Shown in pieces: positions 39,946 to 49,754 of a DNA stretch of 64,000 bases (the first letter of the stretch is position 1; each line of letters begins with the position of its first letter). Origin of the DNA: Candidatus Sumerlaeia bacterium. GTDB taxonomy: Bacteria > Sumerlaeota > Sumerlaeia > MVZB01. Both the position numbers and the translations under genes were made by a program. The stretch is from assembly GCA_963580245.1 (NCBI GenBank), contig CAUZJO010000005.1, positions 5,020 through 69,019 on the forward strand. The letters run 5' to 3'. The notes below the pieces were generated by a model, which saw only the letters and a list, made by a program, of their open reading frames with translations, was not told the DNA's origin and made no database searches.

Positions 39946-40482
39946 CTACCGCGTGCCGATCCGAAAGATGTTGCCTTCGCTCACCGTTCCGTTGCTGGGG
40001 TCGTAGTGGAAACCAAACATATGAAGCATCCCGGACGGTCCGTAGCTGAAAGCCAGCCACGTCTCGTCCTCCAAGGTCGGATCGCTCAGGTAGTGTAGGT
40101 ATTTCCCGTCGATCCCGAACGGGCCGCCGAAGAGGTCATTCGTGGGCTGCTCGACAAAACCATCGACGGGAACCGAAGAGCAAAACGCGACCGGCGTGGT
40201 GATTCGCCACGTTTCGATCTGCGCGGTCGGGGGCGTGGCGGGCAGGAACGGATTGAGTCCGGGCGGAAAGGCGTTGTGATCCACGCGATAGCCCTCGATA
40301 CCGATCGCCAACGAACGCAAGTCGCCCCTCGCCCGAGCGACTTTCGACCGCATCTGGGCCTCCAGGAAATTGGGAACCGCGATCGCCGCAAGGATGGCGA
40401 TGATCGCGACAACGATGAGCAACTCGATGAGCGTGAATCCGCGTGGAGGTTTTGATTGGACTTTCACCGGCTGCCCGCACAT
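39946..40482 (-). CDS. prepilin-type N-terminal cleavage/methylation domain protein (pseudopilin/GspG-like)
   Basis: RGFTLIELLIVVAIIAILAAIAVPNF class-III signal with Glu at position +5. Start at the internal Met preceding it. Confidence 0.7.
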   Translation of the reverse strand: MCGQPVKVQSKPPRGFTLIELLIVVAIIAILAAIAVPNFLEAQMRSKVARARGDLRSLAIGIEGYRVDHNAFPPGLNPFLPATPPTAQIETWRITTPVAFCSSVPVDGFVEQPTNDLFGGPFGIDGKYLHYLSDPTLEDETWLAFSYGPSGMLHMFGFHYDPSNGTVSEGNIFRIGTR

Positions 40483-40668
40483 TCCATTACCGTTTAACAA
40501 CCTGAAGCGAACCTCTTCGCGAAAATCGCCGGGGCAGACGGGGTGGGGATGATTTCTTCCAATCTCGATTGACACGTCACGGGTTCTTATTGGTGATGAG
40601 GCAAGGATTGACCTTGCAGGCATCGCATTCTCTACTCAGCGAAAAACAAATCAAGGCACGGGGTCTCG

Positions 40669-42093
40669 TCACTCCTCTTCTTCCAATGTCGTTCCTGATA
40701 CGCCCCCGTTTTCTCGAAGCAACTGAGCCATTTCCTCAAATCCACTTTCAGTAGCCATATCAAGAGGGGTTTCTCCGAGATTGTTTCGCACATTGACCTC
40801 GGCTCCCTTTCGAATAAACAAAAGCGCAGTCTGCAGCCTATCTGAATCTCTGTTGGCAATAAACCGCATTTCTGCTGCGAAATGTAGTGGTGTCGAACCA
40901 TCTTCATCCTGTGAATTCACACCCGCTCCATAATCGATTAATACCCGTGCAGCCTCCAAAGAACCCGTTGGACCACACAAATGCAAAGGTGTAATCCCGT
41001 TTGGCGTAGAGGCATCGACAGGAACACCCAGCGTCAGCAAATATGTTATGATTTCAGGTTCACCGTGGATCGCCGCGACCCTCAACAACCTTGCGCCCAT
41101 CTCACGATCCGAAGCTTCGCTGTGGTTTTTCTTGAAATAGTCTATGTCCCTAGAATAGATGGCCTGCTCCAAATCTAACTCCAGGGTAGTTTCGCCCCCG
41201 TACTCAGCCAAGAGCTTAATCAGTTCCTGATTCTGTTGTGGCTTGGCAATATCCATCGAAGCTAACTGATTTGCGCCTTGATCGTTGATTCGAGCCCCAT
41301 GATCGAGTAACGCTCTGATGGCGCTAAAGTATCGTCCTTCCGTTCCATATCTCCCCGCTTGAAGGCATTCCCGTATTGCGAGGTGAAGTGGCATATCTCC
41401 GTTGTATTGTTTGGCATTTACATTCGCCCCTTTGCTTATGAGCAGTTCTATTAGCTTAGGTCGACCATTCCTAGCAGCTAGATGAAGTGCCGTGATTCCC
41501 CCACCATTCGACAGCGTTAAATCGGCCCCGCTGCGAATCAATACCTCGGCGGCCTTACGAGGCTCAACGTCGTGTATTGAATCCATGCCGAGCGATTTTT
41601 CGAGAGGCCATTTGCCATATTTGTTCTTTACGTCGATCAGGCCCCCACGATAGACTAGCATTTTAACGACACGATCCGCATCATACCGAGCTGCCATGTG
41701 CATCAATGTTGTTCCATCTTTTTCATAAACGACCATTTTTGGATCATAATCGTCGCCGAGATACGTGATTAACGCTTCTGGGTCATTCCGCTCCAGAAAT
41801 GGAGTTAACTCACGGACACCAGGAGAATCATACTTCGCCTCAACCTCTTGACGCATACGATTCATCAACTTCTCCACGTCCGGCAGCAGACCCAAATCGT
41901 GCAACTCTTGCAAAGTAGCCGTAGCCGCCTCGTTCGTTGTCGAGTCGTCGGCTTCACTCAGTATAGGTCCGGACTTCTCTTCGGATGACTCTGAAAGGCC
42001 GATTTCCTCGCGGCTGTTGACAGTCTTCTGAAGCGACAACACGAAGAGTCCCATAAGAAGAGAGAGGCCAATGAGGTGGAAAGGGTGATGCAT
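40669..42093 (-). CDS. secreted ankyrin-repeat protein, on a low-GC segment
   Basis: Signal peptide. Eight or more ANK repeats (GxTxLHxAAxxG...). Local GC is roughly 50%, against ~65% in the flanks. RBS AGGAGA. Confidence 0.8.
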   Translation of the reverse strand: MHHPFHLIGLSLLMGLFVLSLQKTVNSREEIGLSESSEEKSGPILSEADDSTTNEAATATLQELHDLGLLPDVEKLMNRMRQEVEAKYDSPGVRELTPFLERNDPEALITYLGDDYDPKMVVYEKDGTTLMHMAARYDADRVVKMLVYRGGLIDVKNKYGKWPLEKSLGMDSIHDVEPRKAAEVLIRSGADLTLSNGGGITALHLAARNGRPKLIELLISKGANVNAKQYNGDMPLHLAIRECLQAGRYGTEGRYFSAIRALLDHGARINDQGANQLASMDIAKPQQNQELIKLLAEYGGETTLELDLEQAIYSRDIDYFKKNHSEASDREMGARLLRVAAIHGEPEIITYLLTLGVPVDASTPNGITPLHLCGPTGSLEAARVLIDYGAGVNSQDEDGSTPLHFAAEMRFIANRDSDRLQTALLFIRKGAEVNVRNNLGETPLDMATESGFEEMAQLLRENGGVSGTTLEEEE

Positions 42094-42152
42094 GATTCAC
42101 TTCTCCTTCAGTGATTCGTCTTTACAACGCCAACCGCGCTCATCAGCTTGAG

Positions 42153-43709
42153 CTATTCGACCGCAAATCGGGATAACGTGACCGGAATGCCTTCGCCCGT
42201 CATCGCGATGTTGACGGTCGGGTTGACGGAGTCGTCGGTGCTGATGCTCAGGGTGGCGAATGTGCCGCCGAGGGCACCGGGATCGAACGCGATCGCGACC
42301 ACGACGCGCTCGCCGCGCCCCAGCGGTGAACTGGTATCCGGGTTGTTGACGATCTCGTAAGCGCCCTCGTCGGGACCGATGATTTCGATTCCGTTGCCCG
42401 TGAAGTTCAGATCGACCTCGCCCACGTTGGCGATCGTGATGATCCGGCGGCCGCACGCGTCCTCGCGCAGATCCTGTTCGGGAAACGCAAGGACCGGCGG
42501 GGAGACCGCGACGACGGGCATCGCCGGGGCCGGGTCGCTGTCCACGAGTTGATAGATAGTGCCCCCGTTCAGATCACAGACGTAAACTTCGCCGGACTCA
42601 TCTTCGCCGAATGAAGGGATTCGGATTGACGAGTCGATCTGCTCGGTGCGCGACCAGAGGTCCGGGGCGGTCTCCTCGAGGCTCCAGATTCGCCCCGAAC
42701 AGTAATCCCCGAAGAAATAGAGTCCTTCCAAATCCGGATAGGCGACGCCGCGATAGACGTAGCCCCCCGTGACGCTACATCCCAGCGAGTGGGGATAATC
42801 GTCGATCGGCAGGATCAGGCTTCCGGTCTGACAATCCGTCGAGGGATTGAAGCAATCGTTGCCTTCCATTCGCCGCCAACCATAATTGCCCCCCTTCTCG
42901 ACGATATCGACCTCCTCGATGGCGTTCTGGCCCACGTCGCCGCAGAAGAGGCGTCCGTCCGCGCCGTCGAATGAGAAGCGCCACGGATTGCGCAGCCCAT
43001 AGGCCCAGATTTCTGGCTCGAATCCCTCCATGTCAACGAAGGGATTGTCCGGCGGGATGCCGTAGTTATTCGGCGCTTGCGGGTTGTCCACGTCGATCCG
43101 CTGGATCTTGCCCAGCAGGTTAGTCGTATCCTGTCCATTGCCGATCGTCCCGTGGTCATCGCCCCCGCCGCCGCCGTCGCCCAGCGCGATATAGAGCATC
43201 CCGTCGGGTCCGAACTCGATCATGCCGCCGTTGTGATTGCCCTCGGGCTGGAAGACCGGGCCCAGGATGATCTGCTCGTCGGTGTTGGCCACGTTGGAGT
43301 CTTGCGACACGCTGAACCCGGAGATGATCGAGTCGCCGTCGCCGCGCCGCGTGTAATGCACGAAGAAGCGGCCGTTGCAGGCATAGTCGGGATGGAAGGC
43401 CATGCCGAGCAGGCCTTGTTCGCCGCCCCCGGGCGAGACCAGATTAAGCCCGGTCGTGCCCAGATTGAGAAAGTCCTGGCTCCGGAGCGTGCCGTCGGGA
43501 TCGATGATCCGGATGCGCCCGGCCTGTTCGACGACAAACAGGCGGTCGCTGCCGTCGGGGGCGTGGGTCACCAGGATGGGCCGGCTGAAGCCCGAAGCCA
43601 CCAAATCAAGGTCCAGGTCGATCGCATGGGCCTGGCCCATGGCAATAAAAAGCACCGTGATCAAACCGATCAGGCGGCGGGTCGTCCGTGGATTCCGTGA
43701 TAAAAACAT
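42153..43709 (-). CDS. secreted PQQ-dependent sugar dehydrogenase (glucose/sorbosone dehydrogenase family) beta-propeller with a C-terminal Ig-like domain, ending PVTLSRFAVE
   Basis: Signal peptide. GSDH signature LLGMAFHPDY. An extra ~110-aa C-terminal beta-sandwich-like domain. Confidence 0.7.
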   Translation of the reverse strand: MFLSRNPRTTRRLIGLITVLFIAMGQAHAIDLDLDLVASGFSRPILVTHAPDGSDRLFVVEQAGRIRIIDPDGTLRSQDFLNLGTTGLNLVSPGGGEQGLLGMAFHPDYACNGRFFVHYTRRGDGDSIISGFSVSQDSNVANTDEQIILGPVFQPEGNHNGGMIEFGPDGMLYIALGDGGGGGDDHGTIGNGQDTTNLLGKIQRIDVDNPQAPNNYGIPPDNPFVDMEGFEPEIWAYGLRNPWRFSFDGADGRLFCGDVGQNAIEEVDIVEKGGNYGWRRMEGNDCFNPSTDCQTGSLILPIDDYPHSLGCSVTGGYVYRGVAYPDLEGLYFFGDYCSGRIWSLEETAPDLWSRTEQIDSSIRIPSFGEDESGEVYVCDLNGGTIYQLVDSDPAPAMPVVAVSPPVLAFPEQDLREDACGRRIITIANVGEVDLNFTGNGIEIIGPDEGAYEIVNNPDTSSPLGRGERVVVAIAFDPGALGGTFATLSISTDDSVNPTVNIAMTGEGIPVTLSRFAVE

Positions 43710-43856
43710 ACATCTACCTCTCTGTCGGACGGCTCCCTCCGATACTGAATAAGGGAGTATGTCACTCGCGGCGGATTGTCAATGAACTCAGCGGATGAGG
43801 TTCAGTCTTCGAAGTAAACGCCGCTTCGATAAAGGGTTCCCGATCTGGATGATAAT

Positions 43857-43957
43857 CGGCTCCCGGCTCTCGTCCTCGTAATCGACCTCATCATCGCGTT
43901 CCTGATCGATTGCGGCCTGAGAAAAAGACTGATTACGAGGACGAGGGACGGGAGCCG
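43857..43957. repeat. palindromic element (28-bp arms CGGCTCCCGGCTCTCGTCCTCGTAATCG / CGATTACGAGGACGAGGGACGGGAGCCG, ~46-bp loop) sharing its core with the 2385-2548 hairpin
   Basis: Core CTCTCGTCCTCGTAATCG (43867-43884) matches 2423-2440 at 17 of 18 positions. Confidence 0.6.
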
Positions 43958-44106
43958 ACCTACAAGGGAGCGGCGGGTATCAACGCCATTTGGGGGGAGG
44001 CTTTGTGGTGATCAAAGCGTTTGTGGAGGCGTAGGCCCTGGCCCTGCCTCTACCTCCGTCTCCTCACCCATCGCACTCCCTTACCTCGAGAGGAATAAAT
44101 CCGACG

Positions 44107-44838
44107 ATGAACGCCTTTTTCAATCGAAGATACGCGGCAGTGGTCGTGTGGCTAGTTCTCGCGCCGTTCTGCTTGGGAGTCCGTTCGCAGGCGCGCGATG
44201 GCGTCCAGATGGCCCTGCCGCCGCCCCCCCCGACCCCGGAAGAACGTGCAACCCGTGACTTTCGTTCGACCGACGCCCTGCCCAAAGGCGTCGGCGTACC
44301 CGTAGTGGATACAACGAACAAGGTGGCCGTGACCGCCCTGTTCCAAAACGTCTATCTAACCGCCCTGGGTAAGAACTCGCTGATCGGCTGGACGGGGGAC
44401 GTGGGCGATTGCCGACCGGGGACGGTGACCGAGGAACACCTGGACGCGACGCTCGATATGGTCAATTACTTCCGCGTCATGACCGGGCTGCCGGGCAACG
44501 TCGTTTTCGACCCCGCGCTCAACGCCTTATGCCAGCAGGCGGCGCTGATGATGGCCGCCGAGGGAAACCTCAGCCACTCCCCGCCAACCGACTGGGCCTG
44601 CTATACGGAGGAAGGCGCCGAGGCCGCCGGCAACTCCAACCTGGCGCTCGGCGCGTTCGGGCCCAAAGCCGTCGCCTCTGGTTACATGAACGATTCAGAC
44701 CCGTCCAATATCGACGCGGGCCACCGCCGGTGGATTCTTTACCCACGCCAGGTGACGATGGGGACGGGATCGACCGACGCCCGTTCGGGCGGAGGCTTCT
44801 TCGTGGGGAGCAATGCGCTGTGGACACTTGCAGCGTGA
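44107..44838 (+). CDS. secreted CAP (SCP/PR-1-like, YkwD-type) domain protein, terminated by TGA at 44836
   Basis: Signal peptide. CAP motifs LSHSPP and GHRRWIL. Confidence 0.65.
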   Translation: MNAFFNRRYAAVVVWLVLAPFCLGVRSQARDGVQMALPPPPPTPEERATRDFRSTDALPKGVGVPVVDTTNKVAVTALFQNVYLTALGKNSLIGWTGDVGDCRPGTVTEEHLDATLDMVNYFRVMTGLPGNVVFDPALNALCQQAALMMAAEGNLSHSPPTDWACYTEEGAEAAGNSNLALGAFGPKAVASGYMNDSDPSNIDAGHRRWILYPRQVTMGTGSTDARSGGGFFVGSNALWTLAA

Positions 44839-45252
44839 GGGCCGCGTCCCGAGGGTCCCGAGTTCGTCGCCTGGCCCCTGACCGGTTTCGTCCCGTATCC
44901 GATCGTCCACGACCACTGGTCGTTCGCGCCCAATCTGGACTCGGCATTCGATGAGCAGAACGTCGTCGATTTCGGCTCGACCGACGTGAGGCTGACCCGG
45001 ATGGACAACGGGGCCTCGGTCTCCGACGACGTGCGCTCGCGGGCCGCGACGTTCGGCGACGACGCGATCACCTGGGACGTCTCGGACCTGACGCTGGGCC
45101 CGGGCATGGCTGATTTGACGATCAACGTAAACCTCACCGAGGTGATGATCGACGGCGAGTCGAGAACGTTTGAATATCAAGTCACCATCTTCGACCCCGC
45201 GTTGGTGGTCGTGCCCGAGAATGCCGTGGGAATGTGGCGGGTCTATGAGTAG
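44839..45252 (+). CDS. in-frame ~138-codon continuation of the CAP protein after a single TGA. Either readthrough or nonsense interruption. Ends ...GMWRVYE.
   Basis: Same reading frame as 44107..44838. It is open from the codon after the TGA and has protein-like composition. The tail matches the W-x-[ILV]-Y-[EQ] motif. Confidence 0.4.
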   Translation, partial: GPRPEGPEFVAWPLTGFVPYPIVHDHWSFAPNLDSAFDEQNVVDFGSTDVRLTRMDNGASVSDDVRSRAATFGDDAITWDVSDLTLGPGMADLTINVNLTEVMIDGESRTFEYQVTIFDPALVVVPENAVGMWRVYE

Positions 45253-45257
45253 GAAAG

Positions 45258-45452
45258 ACGATATCGGCCGGCATATCGAAAAGGAGGCGATTTCACGGGG
45301 AAACATTCTGAATCCCGGCCCCTTGGGATTGGTAGGCTCGTTTTCGAACCATATTGGGGTCAAAATCCTTGCATTGTATAACGGAGGCGCCCAAAATACC
45401 GCACGAACTAAAGAACGATGAAGCGTTCTGGTTGGAATTTGGGAAATATCGA
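45258..45452 (+). repeat. ~190-bp conserved non-coding element, copy 1 (core AAGGAGGCGATTTCACGGGGAAACA...AATCCCGGCCCCTTGGGATT...CGTTTTCGAACCATAT...), ~200 bp upstream of the beta-helix protein gene
   Basis: About 85% identical to 48040-48238, with indels that break any common reading frame. Contains the internal hairpin AATCCC-N8-GGGATT. Confidence 0.7.
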
Positions 45453-45650
45453 TGTATTTTCATCCTTATACCGGATCACCCTGATTGTACCCGTGCTGAG
45501 GCTTTTACCCAGGCTGCCCCATACCGGCTATACCCCCTCAACCGTATTCGGGGATCGTTTCAGCGGTGGCGGACCGCGAATTGATAAGAAGATGTTTTCA
45601 AGAATCCTGTTGGCCAATACGCACGATCCAAGTTAATAACAGGAGAAGTC

Positions 45651-47861
45651 ATGATGGGACGATATTCATTCATCACAACCACTTTGTATTACTTCGTCAG
45701 CATGGGGGTGATCCTGAACACGACCCACGCGAATCTGGTCGATCCGGCAAACATCACGGTCACCCATTTCAACTGTGGGTTTGATGAGGCTTCGGGGCTT
45801 CAGCCAGATAATCCGTCCATTGATTGCGGCGCGTTTTCCGGCGCCCAGCTATGGTTCAACCCATCGGGAGCATTATTACGGACCGATGGCTCTGGGAACC
45901 TGGTGATAACTCCCGGCGCGCAAGCCTCCGCGCCGGATAAACACTTTACCAGAACACACGGTGGGGCATGGCCGGGTATCAACCAGGCCGCCCTCTCCGC
46001 CGGAACCGCTATCGCCGTATTTGAAATCGTATTCACATACGAAGCCGGGAGCTCTCCCTCCTCTGTCTTACATCCACGCGGTTCCTTTTTTGTAATGGAT
46101 ATGTCTACAAGCCGAATTTCCGACCCCGTGGAAGTGGATAAGCAGACCGGCTCCATTTTCTTCGGGACCGGTTCCAGCCAAGCCTGGTCCAGTGGAAGGA
46201 TCAATGATTTTGCTCCGGGTAATTGGGTCTTTCGGGGCGAACAGTCCAACGTCTCTTTCACGGATGGAGTTAAAGCCACCGCAAGAATCCTGATCGATCC
46301 GAACCAGGACGGCCCAAATGGTTCTTCTACAATGCTCAGGCTTTTCGAGGTTAATCCGGACATTGACGGCTCGGGTGTATGGACGGAAATTGTGCCCGTC
46401 GGTCCTCTCGCCACCAGGATACGGTCTCAGGACAGGGTAACCGGATGCTGCGGCGAGGGCGCCATTCCCTCCGGTCCTCCTGGTGGGGATCACCTGCATC
46501 TACAAATTACAAATCATGACAATGAGGTGGGCGGGGCGAACATGCTCGTCGACCGTCTACGCGTCTATGAAATCAGCCATCTTGGTTCAGGTCCACCGCC
46601 GACTCCGACACCCACGGCGACGCCCACGCCGATGCCCACGCCAACACCTCCTCCTGCCCGATTTGATTATTCGACCATGATCACTGATAACTCAGGACTG
46701 GGCAGAAGCCACCTCATGGGAGTCCATGACGTGAAGGATTTTGGCGCGGTCGCCGACTGTCAGTTCATTATCAATGCGACGATCAGCGCGGGCAGTCATA
46801 TTCTTTCCTCCGGGTCCAATCCTTTTGTCGCCGAGGACGTGGGTAAGTCGATCGTCGTCGGCAATGCGGGAGGCTCAAGCGCGAATCTCGTCACGACCAT
46901 CGCGGCCTTTACCGACTCCGGCCATGTTGTCTTGAGCGATGCCGCATCGACAAACGCTAACAGCACGATGGTTCAATGGGGGACGGACAACACCCTGGCG
47001 ATCAACAACGCCATCGCCGGCTTGACGGCCGGCGGCACGGTTTGGCTCGGACCCGGCTATTATTTGGTCGATTCGATTAATTTGACCGACGCCGATTCCG
47101 TCAACTTCGTTGGCGCCGGCTGGGGAAACAACGCCCCCAACCGCGGCACGGTGCTCGTCCCCATGACCGGCAATTACCCCGTGCTGGATTTGACGGCGTC
47201 GGGAGGCACCAAGATCGAGAACCTGAAGATCGGCACGACCCGCTCGCCGGTCACGGGTCGTGTTGGCATTTTGTTGGCGCCGGCGGCCGGCAACAACTGG
47301 GCGCACCTCATCACCCTCGGACACGTGTTTATCACCGGGTCGTGGAGCTCGTCCGCGCTTTACGTCTACGGCGTCGGGGACAGCAGCATCTGGGACTGCA
47401 ATTTTTGGAACTTTGTCGATAGCAAATATCCGATGTATTTCGGGTGTGACAATATCGACAACGTCGCCTCGCGCTATCAAACGATCGTGACCGGAAGCGT
47501 ATTGTGCGGAAACTGGCACATATCAAAATTCGAGGCGCACAACTTCAGAGCTCACGGACCGAGCACCGGTTCGGCAATCCGGATGCGCGGCGCTGGAGTG
47601 ATGAACTTTGAGGCGGGATTGATAGACAGCTCATCGGTCAACGGCAACATTTCGGCCGAAGTATCCTCCAACGGCACCCCCTGCTTCCGGCACGTCTACA
47701 CAATGTGCAATTTTTACACGGAAGGGGACACCAAGCCGGTACACAGCATCAACGTGCCGAGCGGGACATACGACCGCGTCACCTTCATTAATCCCAGCTT
47801 TACGACCTCCGGCGCGGCAGTAAGCGGTTCGATCACCTACGAAGGTTTTTCGACACCATAA
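45651..47861 (+). CDS. secreted two-domain protein: N-terminal lectin-like domain, Pro/Thr linker, and a C-terminal pectate-lyase-superfamily right-handed beta-helix (tailspike-like)
   Basis: Signal peptide. PPPTPTPTATPTPMPTPTPPP linker. VKDFGAVADCQ...DNTLAINNAIAG motif typical of pectate_lyase_3 beta-helix proteins. Lower GC than the flanks. Confidence 0.55.
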   Translation: MMGRYSFITTTLYYFVSMGVILNTTHANLVDPANITVTHFNCGFDEASGLQPDNPSIDCGAFSGAQLWFNPSGALLRTDGSGNLVITPGAQASAPDKHFTRTHGGAWPGINQAALSAGTAIAVFEIVFTYEAGSSPSSVLHPRGSFFVMDMSTSRISDPVEVDKQTGSIFFGTGSSQAWSSGRINDFAPGNWVFRGEQSNVSFTDGVKATARILIDPNQDGPNGSSTMLRLFEVNPDIDGSGVWTEIVPVGPLATRIRSQDRVTGCCGEGAIPSGPPGGDHLHLQITNHDNEVGGANMLVDRLRVYEISHLGSGPPPTPTPTATPTPMPTPTPPPARFDYSTMITDNSGLGRSHLMGVHDVKDFGAVADCQFIINATISAGSHILSSGSNPFVAEDVGKSIVVGNAGGSSANLVTTIAAFTDSGHVVLSDAASTNANSTMVQWGTDNTLAINNAIAGLTAGGTVWLGPGYYLVDSINLTDADSVNFVGAGWGNNAPNRGTVLVPMTGNYPVLDLTASGGTKIENLKIGTTRSPVTGRVGILLAPAAGNNWAHLITLGHVFITGSWSSSALYVYGVGDSSIWDCNFWNFVDSKYPMYFGCDNIDNVASRYQTIVTGSVLCGNWHISKFEAHNFRAHGPSTGSAIRMRGAGVMNFEAGLIDSSSVNGNISAEVSSNGTPCFRHVYTMCNFYTEGDTKPVHSINVPSGTYDRVTFINPSFTTSGAAVSGSITYEGFSTP

Positions 47862-48039
47862 TTGGTGTAAGTATCCTACGTCCGGACAGAACCTTCATTT
47901 TGACCTTCGCATCCGTATTCCCTTGGTGTTCTACTTAACCGGTTTCGATACCGGCGGGGTGAATCCTAACTCAATCTTCGGTGAAAGCCTCGTGCTTGAT
48001 ACCGCAAATGGATGCTTGGTCACGCTCGTGCGTTGATTC

Positions 48040-48238
48040 CGATATAGATTGCCGGGGAAAGGAGGCGATTTCACGGGGAAACAGTCTGAATCCCGGCCCC
48101 TTGGGGTTGGTGAGCTCGTTTTCGAACCATATTTGGAGTCAAAATCCTTGCATTGTGGAACGGGGCGCCCAGAATATCGTATGAACCAGGCAAGGCCGAA
48201 CCGTTATGGTTGGAATCCGGGAAATATCGGGTAAATGG
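48040..48238 (+). repeat. ~190-bp conserved non-coding element, copy 2, ~180 bp upstream of the PHP phosphoesterase gene
   Basis: Direct repeat of 45258-45452, in the same orientation and at a similar distance from the downstream gene. Confidence 0.7.
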
Positions 48239-48415
48239 AGACCGAGTGGCTCGGGATGACCCGTGACGGAATGATCCGTCGGTGCAAGGGATGAGGGCGC
48301 TACGTTGGTCGGTCGAATCCTAATTCTATTAACTTTCCTCCCGTGGCTTGTCAGTCCGCGAATCATCGGCGCGTAAGAGGCCGATAGCGTCACTCTCAAG
48401 TGGTGGAAAGGGAAT

Positions 48416-49636
48416 TTGCACACGCATTCACTTTGGAGCGACGGGGATGATTTTCCGGAAATGGTTGCGGACTGGTATAAAAGCGCGGGGTATCACTTCC
48501 TGGTTCCCTCCGAGCATAATATTCTGCAGGAGGGCAACCGATGGGCGGATGCGAATCATTCGAGATTAAAGGGCAAGACGTGGGAAACAGTCCTGACCAA
48601 ATATCGCAAACGTTTTGGCCCGGACTGGGTGCGGGAGAAGAATACAAACGGTAAACAAAGCGTGCGCATCATGCCGTTATCCGAGTATGCTCCCCTATTT
48701 AATGAACCCGGTCGCTTTCTGCTCATCCCTGGCGAGGAAATCACGCCTATCGGATCGGGGGTCCCTGGATACATGGGCGCGGAGGGCGATTTGCCTCAGG
48801 TGGATATCAATGTTACCAACGTGATGGACGTGATTCCACCCCAAGGAGGAATAGACGTTGGGGAAGTAGTGCGCAAAAATATCGATTTGGTCCGCGAGCA
48901 ACGCGAGCGTACGGGTCGATCGATGTTGGCGCATATCCCCCACCCCAACTACCGATATGCTCTGACCGCTGAAGTCTTCGCTTCGGTTCAGAGCGACCCC
49001 GTCTTCTTTGAAGTCTATAACGGCGGGGGTGTCCTGAATTATGGAGATGAGCACCATGTCAGCACGGAGCGGATGTGGGATATCGCACTGACTCTACGGC
49101 TTTCCAGCCAAGTGAATGGGATGCTTTACGGGATCGCCGTTGATGATACGCACCATTATCATCAATTACATGGCGCGTCTCCCGGACGAGGCTGGATCAT
49201 GGCGCGCGCCGCTTATCTGACCCCCGAATCAATTGTGAGGGCCATGGAACGGGGCGACTTCTATGCTTCGACGGGCGTCCGGCTCGATGATATCCAGGTC
49301 GAGAATAGCTCACTGCGACTAAAGATCGATCCCGAAGCCGGTACGACGTTTCTAACGCAGTTCATTGGAACGCGCGAGGGATACGACCCGCGCAACGAAC
49401 CCAGAATGGATTCAGAGGGAAACCCGATTCGTACCACACGGCGCTATAGCGCGCAGGTTGGCGCAATTCTGGCGGAAACCGATGCATTGGAACGGAACTA
49501 TGTATTTAAAGGCGATGAACTCTATGTGAGGGCAAATGTGACCTCCAGCAAGCTAAAGGAAAACCCCCATGCCGAAGGCGATTATGAATGCGCCTGGACA
49601 CAGCCGGTCAAACCACCTCGACCCGATTCGAGGTAG
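48416..49636 (+). CDS. PHP-domain metal-dependent phosphoesterase
   Basis: PHP motifs HTHSLWSDG (HxH...SDG), SEHN, HIPHPNY, DDTHHYH. Only a TTG start is available, and there is no signal peptide. Confidence 0.65.
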   Translation: MHTHSLWSDGDDFPEMVADWYKSAGYHFLVPSEHNILQEGNRWADANHSRLKGKTWETVLTKYRKRFGPDWVREKNTNGKQSVRIMPLSEYAPLFNEPGRFLLIPGEEITPIGSGVPGYMGAEGDLPQVDINVTNVMDVIPPQGGIDVGEVVRKNIDLVREQRERTGRSMLAHIPHPNYRYALTAEVFASVQSDPVFFEVYNGGGVLNYGDEHHVSTERMWDIALTLRLSSQVNGMLYGIAVDDTHHYHQLHGASPGRGWIMARAAYLTPESIVRAMERGDFYASTGVRLDDIQVENSSLRLKIDPEAGTTFLTQFIGTREGYDPRNEPRMDSEGNPIRTTRRYSAQVGAILAETDALERNYVFKGDELYVRANVTSSKLKENPHAEGDYECAWTQPVKPPRPDSR

Positions 49637-49754
49637 CATTCATGATGGTGGGCGGCCAACATCACCCCAAAAACATGAGGTTCATGGGAAATGATATTCC
49701 CGTCCCTTGCATCGGCGCCTCTCATGCAACCCACGATAGAAACGGATCGATAAT

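Noticed and set aside
42153-42185. PVTLSxFxVE tail read as PEP-CTERM, IPTL-CTERM or LPXTG sorting signal.
   Set aside because: None of these fit, because the stop codon follows immediately and there is no TM helix or basic cluster. Kept as a finding for a possibly distinct tag.
44836-44838. In-frame TGA read as selenocysteine or genetic-code recoding.
   Set aside because: No SECIS-like hairpin is evident immediately downstream. TGA is used as an ordinary stop by many well-defined genes in the window. Nonsense change or sequencing error is more parsimonious.
45340-45390. Sigma-54-like TGG...TTGCA sequence inside the 190-bp repeat.
   Set aside because: The GG to GC spacing is 11-13 nt rather than the required 10 nt, and it is not conserved between the two copies.
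45170-45421. 83-aa ORF, together with its 67-aa counterpart at 47981..48184, lying inside the 190-bp repeats and sharing KEAISRGNxLNPGPLGLV.
   Set aside because: Indels between the two DNA copies shift the frame, so only part of the peptide is shared. Conservation is at the nucleotide level, consistent with a non-coding element.
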